Shown here one piece after another: positions 27,358 through 39,396 of a stretch of DNA of 64,000 bases. Every line of letters starts with the position of its first letter. The first letter of the stretch is position 1. This DNA is from Zootoca vivipara (Eukaryota), in NCBI RefSeq assembly GCF_963506605.1, contig NC_083287.1:18476001-18540000 (forward strand). Reading direction: 5' to 3'. The notes under the pieces were generated by a model that was not told the origin of the DNA, ran no database searches, and saw only the letters and a list, made by a program, of their open reading frames with translations. The translations under genes were made by a program, and so were the position numbers.

Positions 27358-29169
27358 CGTATTAATGCCCACAATTAAGATTTGAAGCACTATTAAAGCT
27401 TAACTTTAATTTTGTGAGTAAATGAAACATTCCCAAACTGGGAAGAAAATCTTTTCATACTTTCAAATATAGCTCTCTCCTTGTGTGTGAGGGTGAACAT
27501 TTCTGTTATTACCAGTAGAATAATGTATAATATAAAAGATTATACCCCGGGGCATATTGTACCACTAGTGGATAAAAATGGCTGAACTCAGCTTTAGGGG
27601 AAAGAAGTGAGTGATAGATGAATCTCATTTTCTTTAAAGATAGAAAAGACCCAGAGGATTTAAATTATAGAGGTCTACAATTCTGTTAAACACAGGCTTG
27701 AATGTCTTACCAAAAATTGCTGCCCTGCACTCTGAATCTTTACTAGAGAAATCTATTTATTCCAATCAAACAGCTCTTATTTATTAAAAAAAAGTCCTTG
27801 ACAGCTTCTTCACTGTGTCTTCTTGGAATGGCTGAATCCTCTGCTTTAGTATCTCATGATGCAGCAAATATTGAGGCTCAGAGGTGGTATTGATCTTAGA
27901 CAATGAACTAGGACACGTACGAACCAAGAAGAAATTGCTTCTCTATCCCCCGTCCCAATAAGGAAACTAATGTTAATGATCTGGTGCCTTATCAATGGCT
28001 AAAGGTATCACGACTTCATGCAGCCAGAAAAATATATTGTAAACTTCCAGGTTTGGGGTGTGTGGGTGGTGCAATACTGTAACATGTGATAGGAATGTTG
28101 TGCAAAAGCTGTGTAACTTCACCATGAAACCTTTCCTTTTTTATGATGGTTTATAACTTTATGGTGCTGCACTGCCAGCTGAGCCTGAAAGTAGCATTTG
28201 CAAGCTGTATGTGGAACTGTAATGTCTATTGGAACTTTGTTTTTATATATTTTACAACTTGCATGCTTCTGTGCGCAACTGAAACTTCACAACCTTGCTG
28301 CTGTGTGGGTAAGGATGCATACTTGGGTGAGAAATGTGGGGTGGGAGTGGGGAAATAAGTGCTTCCACAATATCACCCGGGTTCTGATAAACTATCCTGT
28401 GTATCTTCTCACTATATTTATATTTGCATTATTGAAGGCTTCTCTCATCCTATAATAATAAAACAACTGATTAGATTGTGAGCTATCAGAAGAGCTACTT
28501 GCCTATTTTCCTGGGACAACGTAAAATCCCATTTATGAGCTTCACTGAAGTTTTTCTGATGCAATGTTCAAGTAAGGCTGCTTAGGATCACAGTCTGCAT
28601 CTGCTTTTTAATGTTTTTATTTGTGTGTTTTTACCCTCCACTGTTCTTGCTTTGTATTCTACCTACACTCAGTCGTACTGGAACTTTTATCTCAGCACAA
28701 CATGATATCCTTCTGTTTAATAGAGAGATTGAAATGGCAATCAATCGCACTGAATGTTTTTCTAATCTTGCTTATCGCTTTTAGCCTTTCACAATCTTTG
28801 TGTCTATTCTTACTGCTAAACCGCATCACATTGATAAATCTCATGTAAGGCTTTAGAAAATATTTTCCTCCCTGCCTAATAAACCATTAAGATAGCATCT
28901 CCTGTTCATTAGGGAGACAAGCATTCGGGGCTTCATATTGATGGATCTGCTTAACATTTAGTTATAGAAAATACCTGTGTCTCTTTCTTACTGTTGGCAA
29001 TAATGGGTAGCCAATCTGGAGATTCAGCTATGGTACTGTAGTAACTGTACCACCTAGGACCACATGGGAGAGGTTGCATGCTAAGCCATATTAATTCCTA
29101 TGAATATGAGCTGCATTAATACCTATAGTGGCATTATCACATTTTGTCTTTCTTACCTCTTATTCTAAA

Positions 29170-30085
29170 CTAGCTGTACCCTGCCACGCGTTGCAGTGCC
29201 CCCCAATCGGTCGGCATATCCCTGTGAGTGCTTTGATCCCCCTTCCTGTACCCCCCTCCTCCCCCCACCCCTAGGTTCATCTGTGTGACTCCCCCCACCC
29301 CCACCCTGCATCTTCCTGGTTCATCTCTGTGATTCCTGGCGGGGTCCGGTCTACCTCTGACCAGTGTGGTGGGGTTGTCAGTGTGGTCCGGTCTGTTTTG
29401 TGGTAGGGGAGGAGGCGGGTATCCTGGTCTCCATTGTGGAGGTGGTGGCGTCAGGGTCGGGGTCTGGCCTGGCTCACGGTGTGGGTCGGGCTCGTCCAGT
29501 CTGTCCCTTGGTTTGAGGGGGATTTGGCGTGGTGGTGGCAGTGGCGAGGGCTACGGACAGGGCTGCCTCCCTGGGAAGTCTAGGTCTTGGGTGGGCGTGT
29601 GGGCTGTGGAGTGGTCTGGTTTCCTGGATGGAGGTGGTTTCCTGGGGTGGCGAGGGATGGGGAGAGGCCTGGTCCCTGGTGGCGGCCTGGTCCCTGGTGG
29701 CGATGCGATCTCCGGGGTGGGCGAGGGCTGTGGAGCAGCCTGCTCCCTGGACGGTCTGGGATGGGGATCGGCCTGGTCTCAGGGTGGGCGTGGTCTATGG
29801 GGCGGGTTGTGTGTCGGGGTGCTGGGTTTGGATGGGGAGTGGGGGGGATTGTAGAAGTATTTTTGTCATGTGTGAGTTAGATGTCCACTGGAGGGTGCAA
29901 TTTTTAAAAACAAAAATCCAGGATTTTTACCTGTCCTAGGTTAGTTCTATCCAATGTAAGTGGATGGAAACACTCCCGTAGGGGAATGTGAGGTTGTGGC
30001 CAAATTTGAGAACGATTGGGTAAGCGGTTTCGGAGAACACTGTGTTTTAACAAACATGGACCTTCTACATTTATATATATATAGA
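29170..30085 (-). mobile_element. Non-autonomous Helitron
   Basis: Minus strand starts TCTATATATATATAAA and ends with a GC-rich imperfect hairpin plus GGGTACAGCTAG; inserted between A and T with no TSD. Confidence 0.75.
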
Positions 30086-30149
30086 TGAAAAGCATGTTCC
30101 AGGAAAACAAAGCAGATAGAATAGGTAATCTTTCTGAAGCCAAACGAGA

Positions 30150-30288
30150 ACCTATTAAGAGTTCTTTGAGTGTGTCAACAAGCATATAGATAGAGGTGAG
30201 CTACTTGACACTGTCAAAAGCTTTTTCAAAGTAAGTACACAGACAACCTCACCAAAGACTCCTGAGTAAGCTCAGCACTCATGGATAT
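30150..30288 (+). mobile_element. CR1 ORF2 fragment
   Basis: VNKHIDRG..YL..QKAF...PHQRLLSKLSTHG remnants. Confidence 0.6.
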
Positions 30289-31267
30289 AGATATAGATTC
30301 TGTGTGGACTATATAGAAAAAAATATTTAGTCAACATTGATTCTAGAATAAAATATTGTGTGTACACAGCCTGAGCCTCTTTTGTGAAAATGTCTGTCCA
30401 ACAAATAAATGCAAAGATGGATGTGAGGGTACATACACACCATAAACTTAAAACACATTTCTTCCCAAAAATCATGGGGAACTGTAATTCCCGCTCATAA
30501 AGCTACAGTTCCAAACCAGAATTTCCTTTTCTGAATGAGAAACCCTTGTTTGAAGTGGATTTAAGATTCTGGTTTGAAGAGCAAGTGCTCATTGGTACAT
30601 CCATTTACAGCTCAACAGAGGCAGAAAGGGTTGTTGCACGAGAGCAGGAATGAAGTGTACAAGCCTCTGACTCATTTCCAACTTTCCAAACTATCGCTTC
30701 TTCTGCACTCTATAAAATAAAACGCCAAAAAAGAGAGAAACTACTTTCATATTATAGTGAATCAACCCCTCTGCCTTTTATGTTTGCATATTTCAGACAA
30801 GATTCTGGAGCTTTACAATGTTTTTGATGTCTTTAGAAGTAATCTTTTTTAAAAAATTTATGTTACTTGCCAAGTCCCCATTCTAATAGGGAGAGCAGCT
30901 GCTTCCTCACAACGATGTGCATATTTCTTGCTTTTAGAAGAAAATTTTGTTTATTAATAGTAATCTATTTTTCATAGCATAACAATTTGTTAGATAATAG
31001 AATAAAAACACAGCTTTCATTTCACGTGTGCGCTACATTCTTAAGAGATGCAGTTGAGAGAGATTATTCATGCCGAGGGCAGAACTGGAAAGTGCTTGAT
31101 TTATCAGCTACAAAGAAGAAAAGAAAGGCAGAACCACCAGATCCAAGTTATTTGGTTGCCACCCACGAAAGAAGCCTATACTGTACCTCTAAATGCCTGG
31201 CTCCAAATTGCTCTTAAGGTATGCATGCTGCACCACCTTCCTTCCATGGACACCTGGCAACTGAGTA

Positions 31268-31499
31268 CAGTGGTACCTCTACTTACGAATAACTCTACTT
31301 ACGAATGGAGCTCCGTCCGCCATCTTGGATACGGTTTAGATAGGATTTTTTCTACATACGAATTTTTATATTGGGTTGCTTCTACTTAAGAATTTTTTCT
31401 CCCAATGCATTCCTATGAGATTCGACTTACAATTTTTTTCGACTTACAAATGTGCATTCAGAACGCATTAAATTCGTAAGTAGAGGTTCGTAAGTAGAG
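31268..31499. mobile_element. Tigger-like MITE
   Basis: TA-CAGTGGTACCTCTACTTACGAA start with inverted TTCGTAAGTAGAG end (right terminus damaged). Confidence 0.7.
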
Positions 31500-32481
31500 T
31501 TCACCTTGGGCCAGACATCAGTCTAACTGAACTCACTGGTTTCTTATGAGAATACAATACAGATAAGCCCATATAAAGATAGGGACACAAACGTCAAATG
31601 TGACAAAATTGCATTTCTCTCTGCCCACCCCGACCCCAAAACCAGGCTGTGAAAATGTTGTGGACAGCTGGGTCTGATCCATTAATCAAATATGGCTAAC
31701 TTGGCATAGCTACCTTCATACTGTAGTTGGAAATGTGTAAGTACAAGTATCGGGGTTTTGACGTACACCATCACTGAAAAGCACGGTAGGGTTTAACCAC
31801 CGTATGAAGTACGAATGATAAATGAACAGTATCAGCAGTGGAAATAAATATTTTGAAAAATTATTTTAGTTAACTATCATAAGGTTTATGAATACACAGG
31901 TGAGGATTTATGCTTTTTATACAAGCATCGCTCCTCAATATTTCCTACATGTATCTAACAGCTAGGTATGCAAGTGGATGAAGGATGGGAAAATGTTAAA
32001 GAATTAATACTATCATCTCTTGTAAAGCAAGGGAACAATCCATCATGTGCTGCCCATGAAGCATCATTCATTTCAATGAGGCTTTAGTAGGAAGGCTGTT
32101 ACTCTGTTTTCAGAATTATCTTTTGTTGCTGTGTCACAGTAATTCTTATTCAGAGCCACTTCTTAGTAAAAAAAGGTGATAGTTATTTACAGTATTACAT
32201 ATAGAAGTGGCACCCTTGATATAGCCTTAGGGTACCTTTTTCCTTATATTAACACTCTATACATGAATGAATCAAACAAAACCTTAGCCCAGATTACACT
32301 TCCAATGACACTATTAATTTATTACAACAATAATTTTGTGACACTGGCAAACTGATTTTAAGACTACATGCACAGGAACCTGTCATACAATTCAAAATAA
32401 TTCACTATCATCTTGCTCTTTTCACATTCTTTCCCAACATTTACAATATAGGTAGTATTGCTTGCCTCTCTTAATCTAGGA

Positions 32482-33220
32482 CAGTGGTGGCGAACCTATG
32501 ACACGCGTGTCAGACGTGACACGCAAAGCCCTCACTGCTGGCACGCGCCCCATCGGCCCATTCACGCTGTTGTTGTTGTCCCCCCCCCATTTGTTCTCCC
32601 GCTCCTCCTACAGCTTGTCTCCGCTACAGCTTGTCTCTGCCGTTAAAACCCATAAAACCCAGATCCGTTTTTGTTGTTGTTGCTGCTGGTAACTAGATTG
32701 GTTTTTTAACCCTTTCTGTGCTTTTTTCCTGGCACTTTGGCAGACTATGATTGGGTGCAACAGCGTTTGTTTTTAACCTGTTCTGTGCTGGGTTTTTTTG
32801 CGCTTTGGAAGACTAGGTCGGTGCTGCGTGTTAGTTCCAGCGAAGGTATTATTTGTCATTTATTTCTGTTCTCCCCCCCCAAAAAAGCACAGCAGCTTTG
32901 GGGCATCCCCCCAAAAAAGCAAAGCAACTTTTGCACCCCCCCCAAAAAAAACCTCCAAAACTTTGGTCAGCAGCTCCCCCCCAAAAAGCTCAACAACTCT
33001 GGGCACTTTGTGATAAATAAGGGTTTTTTGGTTTGGTTTGGTTTGGTTTGGTTAATTAATTAGTTTTTGGTTTATTAAATACAGTTATATATTACAATTA
33101 TACATTTTTGTTATTTAAACTATAAATATCACAAAATTATGGTTTTTTCTCGAAGTGACACACCACCCGAGTTATGCTCGGTTTTTTGACACACCAAGCT
33201 CAAAAGGTTGCCCATCACTG
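32482..33220. mobile_element. Non-autonomous hAT element (hAT1-like)
   Basis: TIRs CAGTGGTGGCGAACCT / AGGTTGCCCATCACTG; subterminal GACAC motifs; TSD ATCTAGGA. Confidence 0.88.
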
Positions 33221-33721
33221 ATCTAGGATCATCAATCTATTTACACTGATGCTGTACTTCCTATGACCAACAATTCATATTACTCTAATTTAGAATTATC
33301 ATACAAATATTATAGCTATATGTATTAAATTTTATATCAACTCAGAAACTAGAGACCCGTTACTTTAATGAAAGAAAAGTTAGTCTCTGCAAAACAGGAA
33401 CTTATAAACTTCATGCATTTAAGTTTCCCCTCTTCAGCAGATCATTGCACTATGCTCAAGAGGCCATAGGATTAAGGCCATTGATCCTGTGGGTGCTGTA
33501 TATTTAAACTCTTCTGCAGCTGAATTTAGGTTAAGGCTGACTATAGGAGGAGACATTTTTAAAGACAAAAATATCGCAAGTGAAATGTCAAAGAAGAGTG
33601 TGATAAAAAATATCAACATACATAGCCAAAATAAATCTGTATGATGCAAAAAATTTAAATCATGCCGCTGTTACCAGAATGTAGCATAGTACTAAGGGAT
33701 ACATACTTTATACCGGTATCT

Positions 33722-33930
33722 ACAAAGCGCTTTATATCATATAATATAAAGCGGATTGTGGTAGGGCTGTTAAGAAATTTAGCTTAGGGTTTGGTTTGTG
33801 TAAGGCCACAGCTCATGCTGAGTAATGGGGGGCGTGTGTATGCAAATTCCTTGGATCTGATTGGTTGGTGGGGCCCCTCTTAAAGCTGCGTCCACCATTT
33901 TCTGGTCACATTTTTGCCTGGCGTTTGAAC
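33722..33930 (+). repeat. Split direct repeat A1 (209 bp)
   Basis: Identical by eye to 40725-40933. Confidence 0.95.
33815..33902 (+). promoter_or_regulatory. Putative Pol II promoter within repeat A
   Basis: TGCTGAGTAA, GC box GGGGCGTG, octamer ATGCAAAT (33840-33847), CTGATTGG (CCAAT box), CTTAAAG near 33880, CCATTTT. Confidence 0.55.
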
Positions 33931-34816
33931 TGTGTGTTTCTATCGGTTCCTGTCTGGCAAGAGAGCGTTCCTGGATTCCTGGAGTCTGGTTGTATCTGGC
34001 TTATTTAATTTGCTGATTTATTCAGCTTATTGCTTGCTTTTGATTTTTAGCTTTCATTTACTGCCTTATTTAGCTCCGTTTTGATTCTCCCCCTCCCCTC
34101 CCTCCCCACTCCCTTCCCCTACGGCTCGGCCTCGGCTAGGGGCGTTGGGAGTCCCCCCCCCCCGCACAGGCATCCCACTTTATTTAAAGGGCGCACCCCC
34201 CTTTAGATTCCTTTAAATTCTTTAAATTCCCCCCCCCGCTTGCCTTGGCTAGCCTGCTGTGGCTCTTGGTGGGCAAGGGGGCCTTGGTACCCTGAGGGAG
34301 CCTTGGCTCCTGGCTCCTTGCCTGGCCGTTTTCCTGCTGGGGCTGGGCTGGGCTGGGCTGGAGCCACGTGGGTGGTTAATAGGGCTGTTGCCGGCTGAGG
34401 AGCATTGAGGCTGCTTGCGCTCTGCTGGGGGCCTCTAATTTGGCTTATTGGGGGCTGTGGCGTTTGCCGCCCCCCCTGGGGTGCCTGCGGGGTGGGGGTG
34501 CATCATTGGGAGGGCGCCAGGCCGTTATTGTGCCTGGTTTGCACGCTGCGTCCGCCATTTTAATGCTTGCAACCCCCTTTGCTATTAAGCAGAGAGCTGC
34601 TGCTTGTGCATTGGGGGGAGCGGTTTGAGGGGGGTTGCTGGGTCTTTAGGACCTTGGGAGGGGGTCCCCTCACTTGATTCACCTGGGGGGCCTCTAGTTT
34701 TTGTGTCCTGTATAGCGTTTGTTTTCTGTTTGCATCTGTTTTAGCTGAGGAAAATTTTTTTTCCTGGCTGCAGTTTATTTCGAGGCTTGAGTGCTTGCAG
34801 CCAGTTTCTGGGCGTT

Positions 34817-34850
34817 TGGCGCCATCTACTGGCCACGAGTTGTTACTACA
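34817..34850 (-). promoter_or_regulatory. Putative CTCF site (core plus upstream motif)
   Basis: Minus strand TGTAGTAAC-N6-TGGCCAGTAGATGGCGCCA. Confidence 0.55.
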
Positions 34851-35648
34851 CCTACAAATTTAATTGCCTTTTCCCTCAGCCTATATTGAAGTCCCTTGAG
34901 CAGGCTTTGACTTTATTGTGTTGCCTGACTAGCTTATTGGGTCATTTTAACTTATTGGTTTCCTTTAATTACTTGATTTAATTTATATCCTTTTATTTAG
35001 GAATCTTAATTGATTCCATTGGATTATAATTGGCTTTGACCTGCGTGGGCTTGCTTTGGTTAAGTGAAAGGAAAAAACTTTTACTCCTTGCCTTTAATTG
35101 GAGGCCTGAGTACTGCAGCCTACTTTAGGTTCTCTATGCCATCGGCTGGCCTCAAGGGGGTTATCGCACCTTGTTAGTTTTGATACTGTTCCTTCCCAAT
35201 AGATAGGGAATACATTGCTTGGCCTGCGTTTTGGGTTTCTTGCATTGTTTAATTGGCTTAATTGATGTCCATTGTTTAATTCAATTTAATTTTAATTCAC
35301 GTTAATTTAGTTTTCACGTATTCTGGTTAAGGATTCTATTTGGTTGCGTGGGTGGGAGTTTGGCTTTGGCCTGCGCATTTCCCTCTCCCTCCCTTTTAGG
35401 GGGGGGGCCGGGGCGTGTGCCGGGGTCCGGCCTACACCAGCCTGCAATACAAGTCTAACTGATTTCCCTGGGGCCTTTCAGAGGCCTGGGTGTCCCCAAA
35501 TATTTTGCAGTTAGTTTTGCAGATTGGTTGGGAAGGCTCCAATATTTGAGGGGTGGGGTGACGCCGCCTAGTGGTTAAAGTGGTAATACGCACCCCTGTG
35601 TGATTCCACGTGTGTTTGCTTGTTATTCCAAGTAGTTAATAGTTCAGG

Positions 35649-37332
35649 ATGGCGGCCCACCCATCCACTTCAGGGAAATCTAAGAGGGTCATTAAGGGCG
35701 CTTCGCAGAAGCTGCGTTCGCCAGCCTCGCAGGCAGCGGGTCGCGTGGAAGCATTCATCGCTAGCATTGCTGGTGACCCACAGGCCCTGGCCCAGCTTGG
35801 ATCTGGGCTTGATGCCTTATTACAGAACCCGGCCTCTCATCCTGCCGCCTCGACCTCTGCTGGTTTACCTCTGGAAGCAGGGCGGGAGGCGGCGACTACG
35901 GCCATGCCTCCAGACCGGCAAGGCCCAGACCCTCTTTCTGCCCCCTCTACCTCTGCAGGTGTATCCCTGGACCCTGGGCAAGCTACGGTGGCGGCGTCGC
36001 AGCCTCTGTCCCCCATGGCGACCATTCTGGGACTGCCTGAGACCACCACGTCTGGGCCAGTTGACTCGTCGGATGACGACTTCGTGGGGCCTTCTGGTGT
36101 TCTGATGCCGAATGCCTCTTCCACTCCTATGGTGGTGCCGGCGCCCCCTCCCGTCAAACGACGAAGTGAGGGGAAGCAGCCTCGGCGCACCAGGAGGGCG
36201 AGGCAGGCTAAGGGCAGAGTAAGTGGGCAAGGGCAGGGGGGGGCGGACGGGGGCCTCCTCTAATGTTGTTGTTTCGCCCGTTGCTCCATCCCAGACTCTT
36301 GCCGTCGCCTCGCGGCGCGAGGGGCTTTCGTCGGCATCCGGCGAGGAAGCCCTCCCAGTGCCGGCTAGAGCGTCGAGTGGCGGAAAACGTCGTCACAAAA
36401 GTCGTTCCAGGAGGCGGGCAAAGAGGCGCAAGGACGATACCTCGGCTTCGACCACCTCAGGTTCGTCCTCTAGCTCCGAGGGTTCTGATCACTCTATGGG
36501 GTTGTACTGGGCTTACGGGGAAGTGGATTCTGGCCTTCCTCGTTGGGCCTGGGCTCGTCGAGCGAATTCGCATCGTGCTCGTTATGGAGCTGTTCAAGAA
36601 TGTCTCGACGGAGAGTTGGTCCCGGAAACCACGGTTTCCACCAACAGTACTAGGGATATTATTCCGGGCAGTCACTTGTCCTCTAAATTGAGGTCTAGGA
36701 TATTGGATGGTAAATAGGTAGACATTTTTGATTTAGCTCCACCAGAGGAGGTGGTCCCTGAGCAAGAAAACGCCCTCGTTGGTACTAAGAAGAAAGGCAG
36801 GGGGAGAAAGGTGGAGCGGACTTTCGAGCGTTGGCTCGATTGTTATCAAGTTTTTTCCGGGGTAGTAGTAGCGGCATATCCCCGCAGGGCTCTACACCTT
36901 ATCGTGTACCAGTCCATCGTAAGGTCAGCATATAACATGGCAGGGGAAGCGGCCGCAATTGCTTCTGATGAAAGATTTCGCAGGCGGGCGTCAAAAATTG
37001 ACACCGCCCGCTTTGACAGGAAAGACTTGGACCTTTGGACCACGTATGTGGCTCCGTCGGTTTCACGGAAACCCGCCGAGCAGCAAAGGGCTGAGACCCA
37101 GCCTTTTAAGGCGGCACCTAAATTGCGCTGCTGGGATTTCAATAAAGGACTGTGTCAGCGCCCGCGGTGTATTTATGCGCACACTTGTGACCGGTGTGGC
37201 GGTAGCCACCCGGCTGTTAACTGCTATGCGGGCCGGCGGCCCTTTCGTGGGGGTCGGGGAGGATTCAGGCAGGCGCCAAGGGGTTCCGCCCCTGCCCTCC
37301 CCGCTCCCCCCGCAGCTTCCACATCAAAGTGA
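35649..37332 (+). pseudogene. Ngaro gag-like ORF1, disrupted
   Basis: ATG at 35649; frameshift near the G8 run at 36236-36243; TAG at 36715-36717 in GK*VDIF; C-terminal zinc finger CWDFNKGLCQRPRCIYAHTCDRCGGSHPAVNC followed by RGG repeats. Confidence 0.82.
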
Positions 37333-38494
37333 ATTGCTTCAGTTAGCTTTTTCTCCCATTAAGTTACCGGCCCTTAAACATTGGTTAGCCTCCTATCCCA
37401 ATATTGAGGCGGCTGCATATCTTCGGGATGGTTTCTCCTTCGGGTTCCGGATTCCGATAGCTTCGGTTCCCCTGGCTAGGAATCCTAGGAATCAGAAGTC
37501 GGTGAGAGAGATGCACGAGGTCGCAAGGCGGAAGGTTAATAAAGAAATAGCCCTCCAGCGCATGGCTGGTCCTTTTGCGTCTCCGCCTTTTCCCAATCTG
37601 CACCTCTCTCCCTTGGGAATCGTCCCCAAGAAGGCTCCGGGTGAGTTTCGGCTCATTCATAATTTGTCTCACCCTAGGGACACGTCCGTGAACGACGTGA
37701 TCCCTCCGGAGCTTTGTACGGTCAAATACGCTTCTCTCGACCAGGCAATTAAAATGATCAGAAAGTTTGGGCCGGGGGCCTTGTTGGCAAAATGTGATAT
37801 CGAATCGGCTTTCCGATTATTACCAATTCATCCGCATGATTTTTGGTTGCTGGGCTTTCAGTTTGAAGGCGCCTATTATTTTGATAAGGCCATGCCAATG
37901 GGCTGCTCCGTAGCCTGTGCGGCCTTCGAGCGCTTATCGCAGGGTGAGAAGGCTGACATGAGGATGTGGCTGGTATTCCTGGAGGAATACAATGGGGTAT
38001 CCTTGTGGCAGGATGTTTTAAACCTGCACAACGATTTCCAAGTGCACTCCGATGCGGCGGGTTCCCTGGGATTTGGTTTGTTTTGGAATGGCAGGTGGTG
38101 CGCACAAAGATGGCCCCCTGCTTGGCGGGACACTGAAATCACGCGGGATTTAACTTTTCTTGAGTTCTTTCCTATAGCAGTTGCAGTCCATATTTGGGTT
38201 GACGACTTCAAGGACCGCCGCGTATGCTTTTGGTCAGATAACCAGGCTGTGGTGACTGTCCTTGCGAAACAATCTTCTAAGTCAACTCGGGTATCGGCTC
38301 TGCTGCGGGCATTCGTGCTGCAGTGCCTGCGTTTTAACATTATTTTCTCTGCGCGTTTTGTCCCGGGCGTGGCCAACGATATAGCTGACGCTTTGTCACG
38401 ATTTCAGATGGAGCGCTTCAGGTCCCTGGTTCCAGACGCACAACATCAGCCGGAGATTTTCCCGGATCGTCTTTGGAACCTTGGCAGCTGCTAG
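36959..38494 (+). pseudogene. Ngaro reverse transcriptase/RNase H with in-frame deletion of the RT catalytic region
   Basis: SPLGIVPKK..FRLIHNLS, AKCDIESAFRLLP and MPMGC present, but no YxDD; RNase H motifs SDA, LEF, SDN and ADALSR intact. Confidence 0.9.
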
Positions 38495-39387
38495 TCTTGC
38501 AGGGAGTAGCTGCTTCTGTTTCCCCCTCTACCCTGCGGGCTTATCAAAAAGCTTGGACTGACTTTTTAACTTTTCGCAGTCAGTCGCTCGCGGTGGAGGG
38601 AGCGGCCCGCCCCTCTTCTTCCCAGGTGCTTCAATATTTGGCACACCTGTTTCACCTGGGAAGGGCTGCCAGGACCATAAAGCTCCAGTCTGCGGCCATT
38701 TCATTTTTCTCGAAATTGTTTTTTAATAGGGACCCTTGCGCCAAATTTGTGGTGCGTAAGGCCATGGAGGGATGGGGTAGGCCTTGTCCTCCCCGTTCCC
38801 CTACCAGGAACCCGATTTCTTTTGATCTTCTCACTAAAATGAGATTGAAGCTTAGGGTGGTGTGTTGGTCTAAATATGAGGCCCGTTTGTTTTCGGCCGC
38901 CTTCTCAGTGGCCTTTTTTGGCGCTTTGAGAATTGGTGAAATTGTAGGGGGTCAGATGCGTCAGGGGGTGCCAGGGGGTTTGCTACTCCAGGACATACGT
39001 CTGTCGCCAACGGAATTGTTAATCACGATTCGGAGTTCCAAGACCGACCAGGCTGGTAAAGGAGCAGTAATGCGACTGCCTGCTACGGGGCAGACGGGCC
39101 CCTGCCCGGTTAAGGACGTAGCCAAATTCTTGGCGGAAAGGCCAGCTGGGGAGGGCCCCTTGTTTGTGCATCAGGATGGTAACCCGATGACTAGGCTGCA
39201 ATTTACTAGAGTTATGAGGAAGGTGATAGCGGCATGCGGTTGCGTGGCCGCTAATTACGCTCCTCATTCCTTTCGCATTGGGGCCGCCACTACGGCGGCC
39301 CACTGGGGTCTTTCGGTTGATGCTATTAAGGATTTGGGCAGGTGGAAATCTGCAGCGTATAGATCTTATGTTCGGAAGCGCTCCTAA
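38473..39387 (+). CDS. Tyrosine recombinase (start uncertain, no ATG)
   Basis: ALRIGE (R), SKTDQ (K), HSFRIG (HxxR), LGRWKS (W), YRSYVR (Y); N-terminal STLRAYQKAW. Confidence 0.92.
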   Translation: MEPWQLLVLQGVAASVSPSTLRAYQKAWTDFLTFRSQSLAVEGAARPSSSQVLQYLAHLFHLGRAARTIKLQSAAISFFSKLFFNRDPCAKFVVRKAMEGWGRPCPPRSPTRNPISFDLLTKMRLKLRVVCWSKYEARLFSAAFSVAFFGALRIGEIVGGQMRQGVPGGLLLQDIRLSPTELLITIRSSKTDQAGKGAVMRLPATGQTGPCPVKDVAKFLAERPAGEGPLFVHQDGNPMTRLQFTRVMRKVIAACGCVAANYAPHSFRIGAATTAAHWGLSVDAIKDLGRWKSAAYRSYVRKRS

Positions 39388-39396
39388 CTTTGTCGT

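Noticed and set aside
29366-29939. Gly-rich ORFs
   Set aside because: By-product of G-rich low-complexity sequence inside a Helitron, on its antisense strand.
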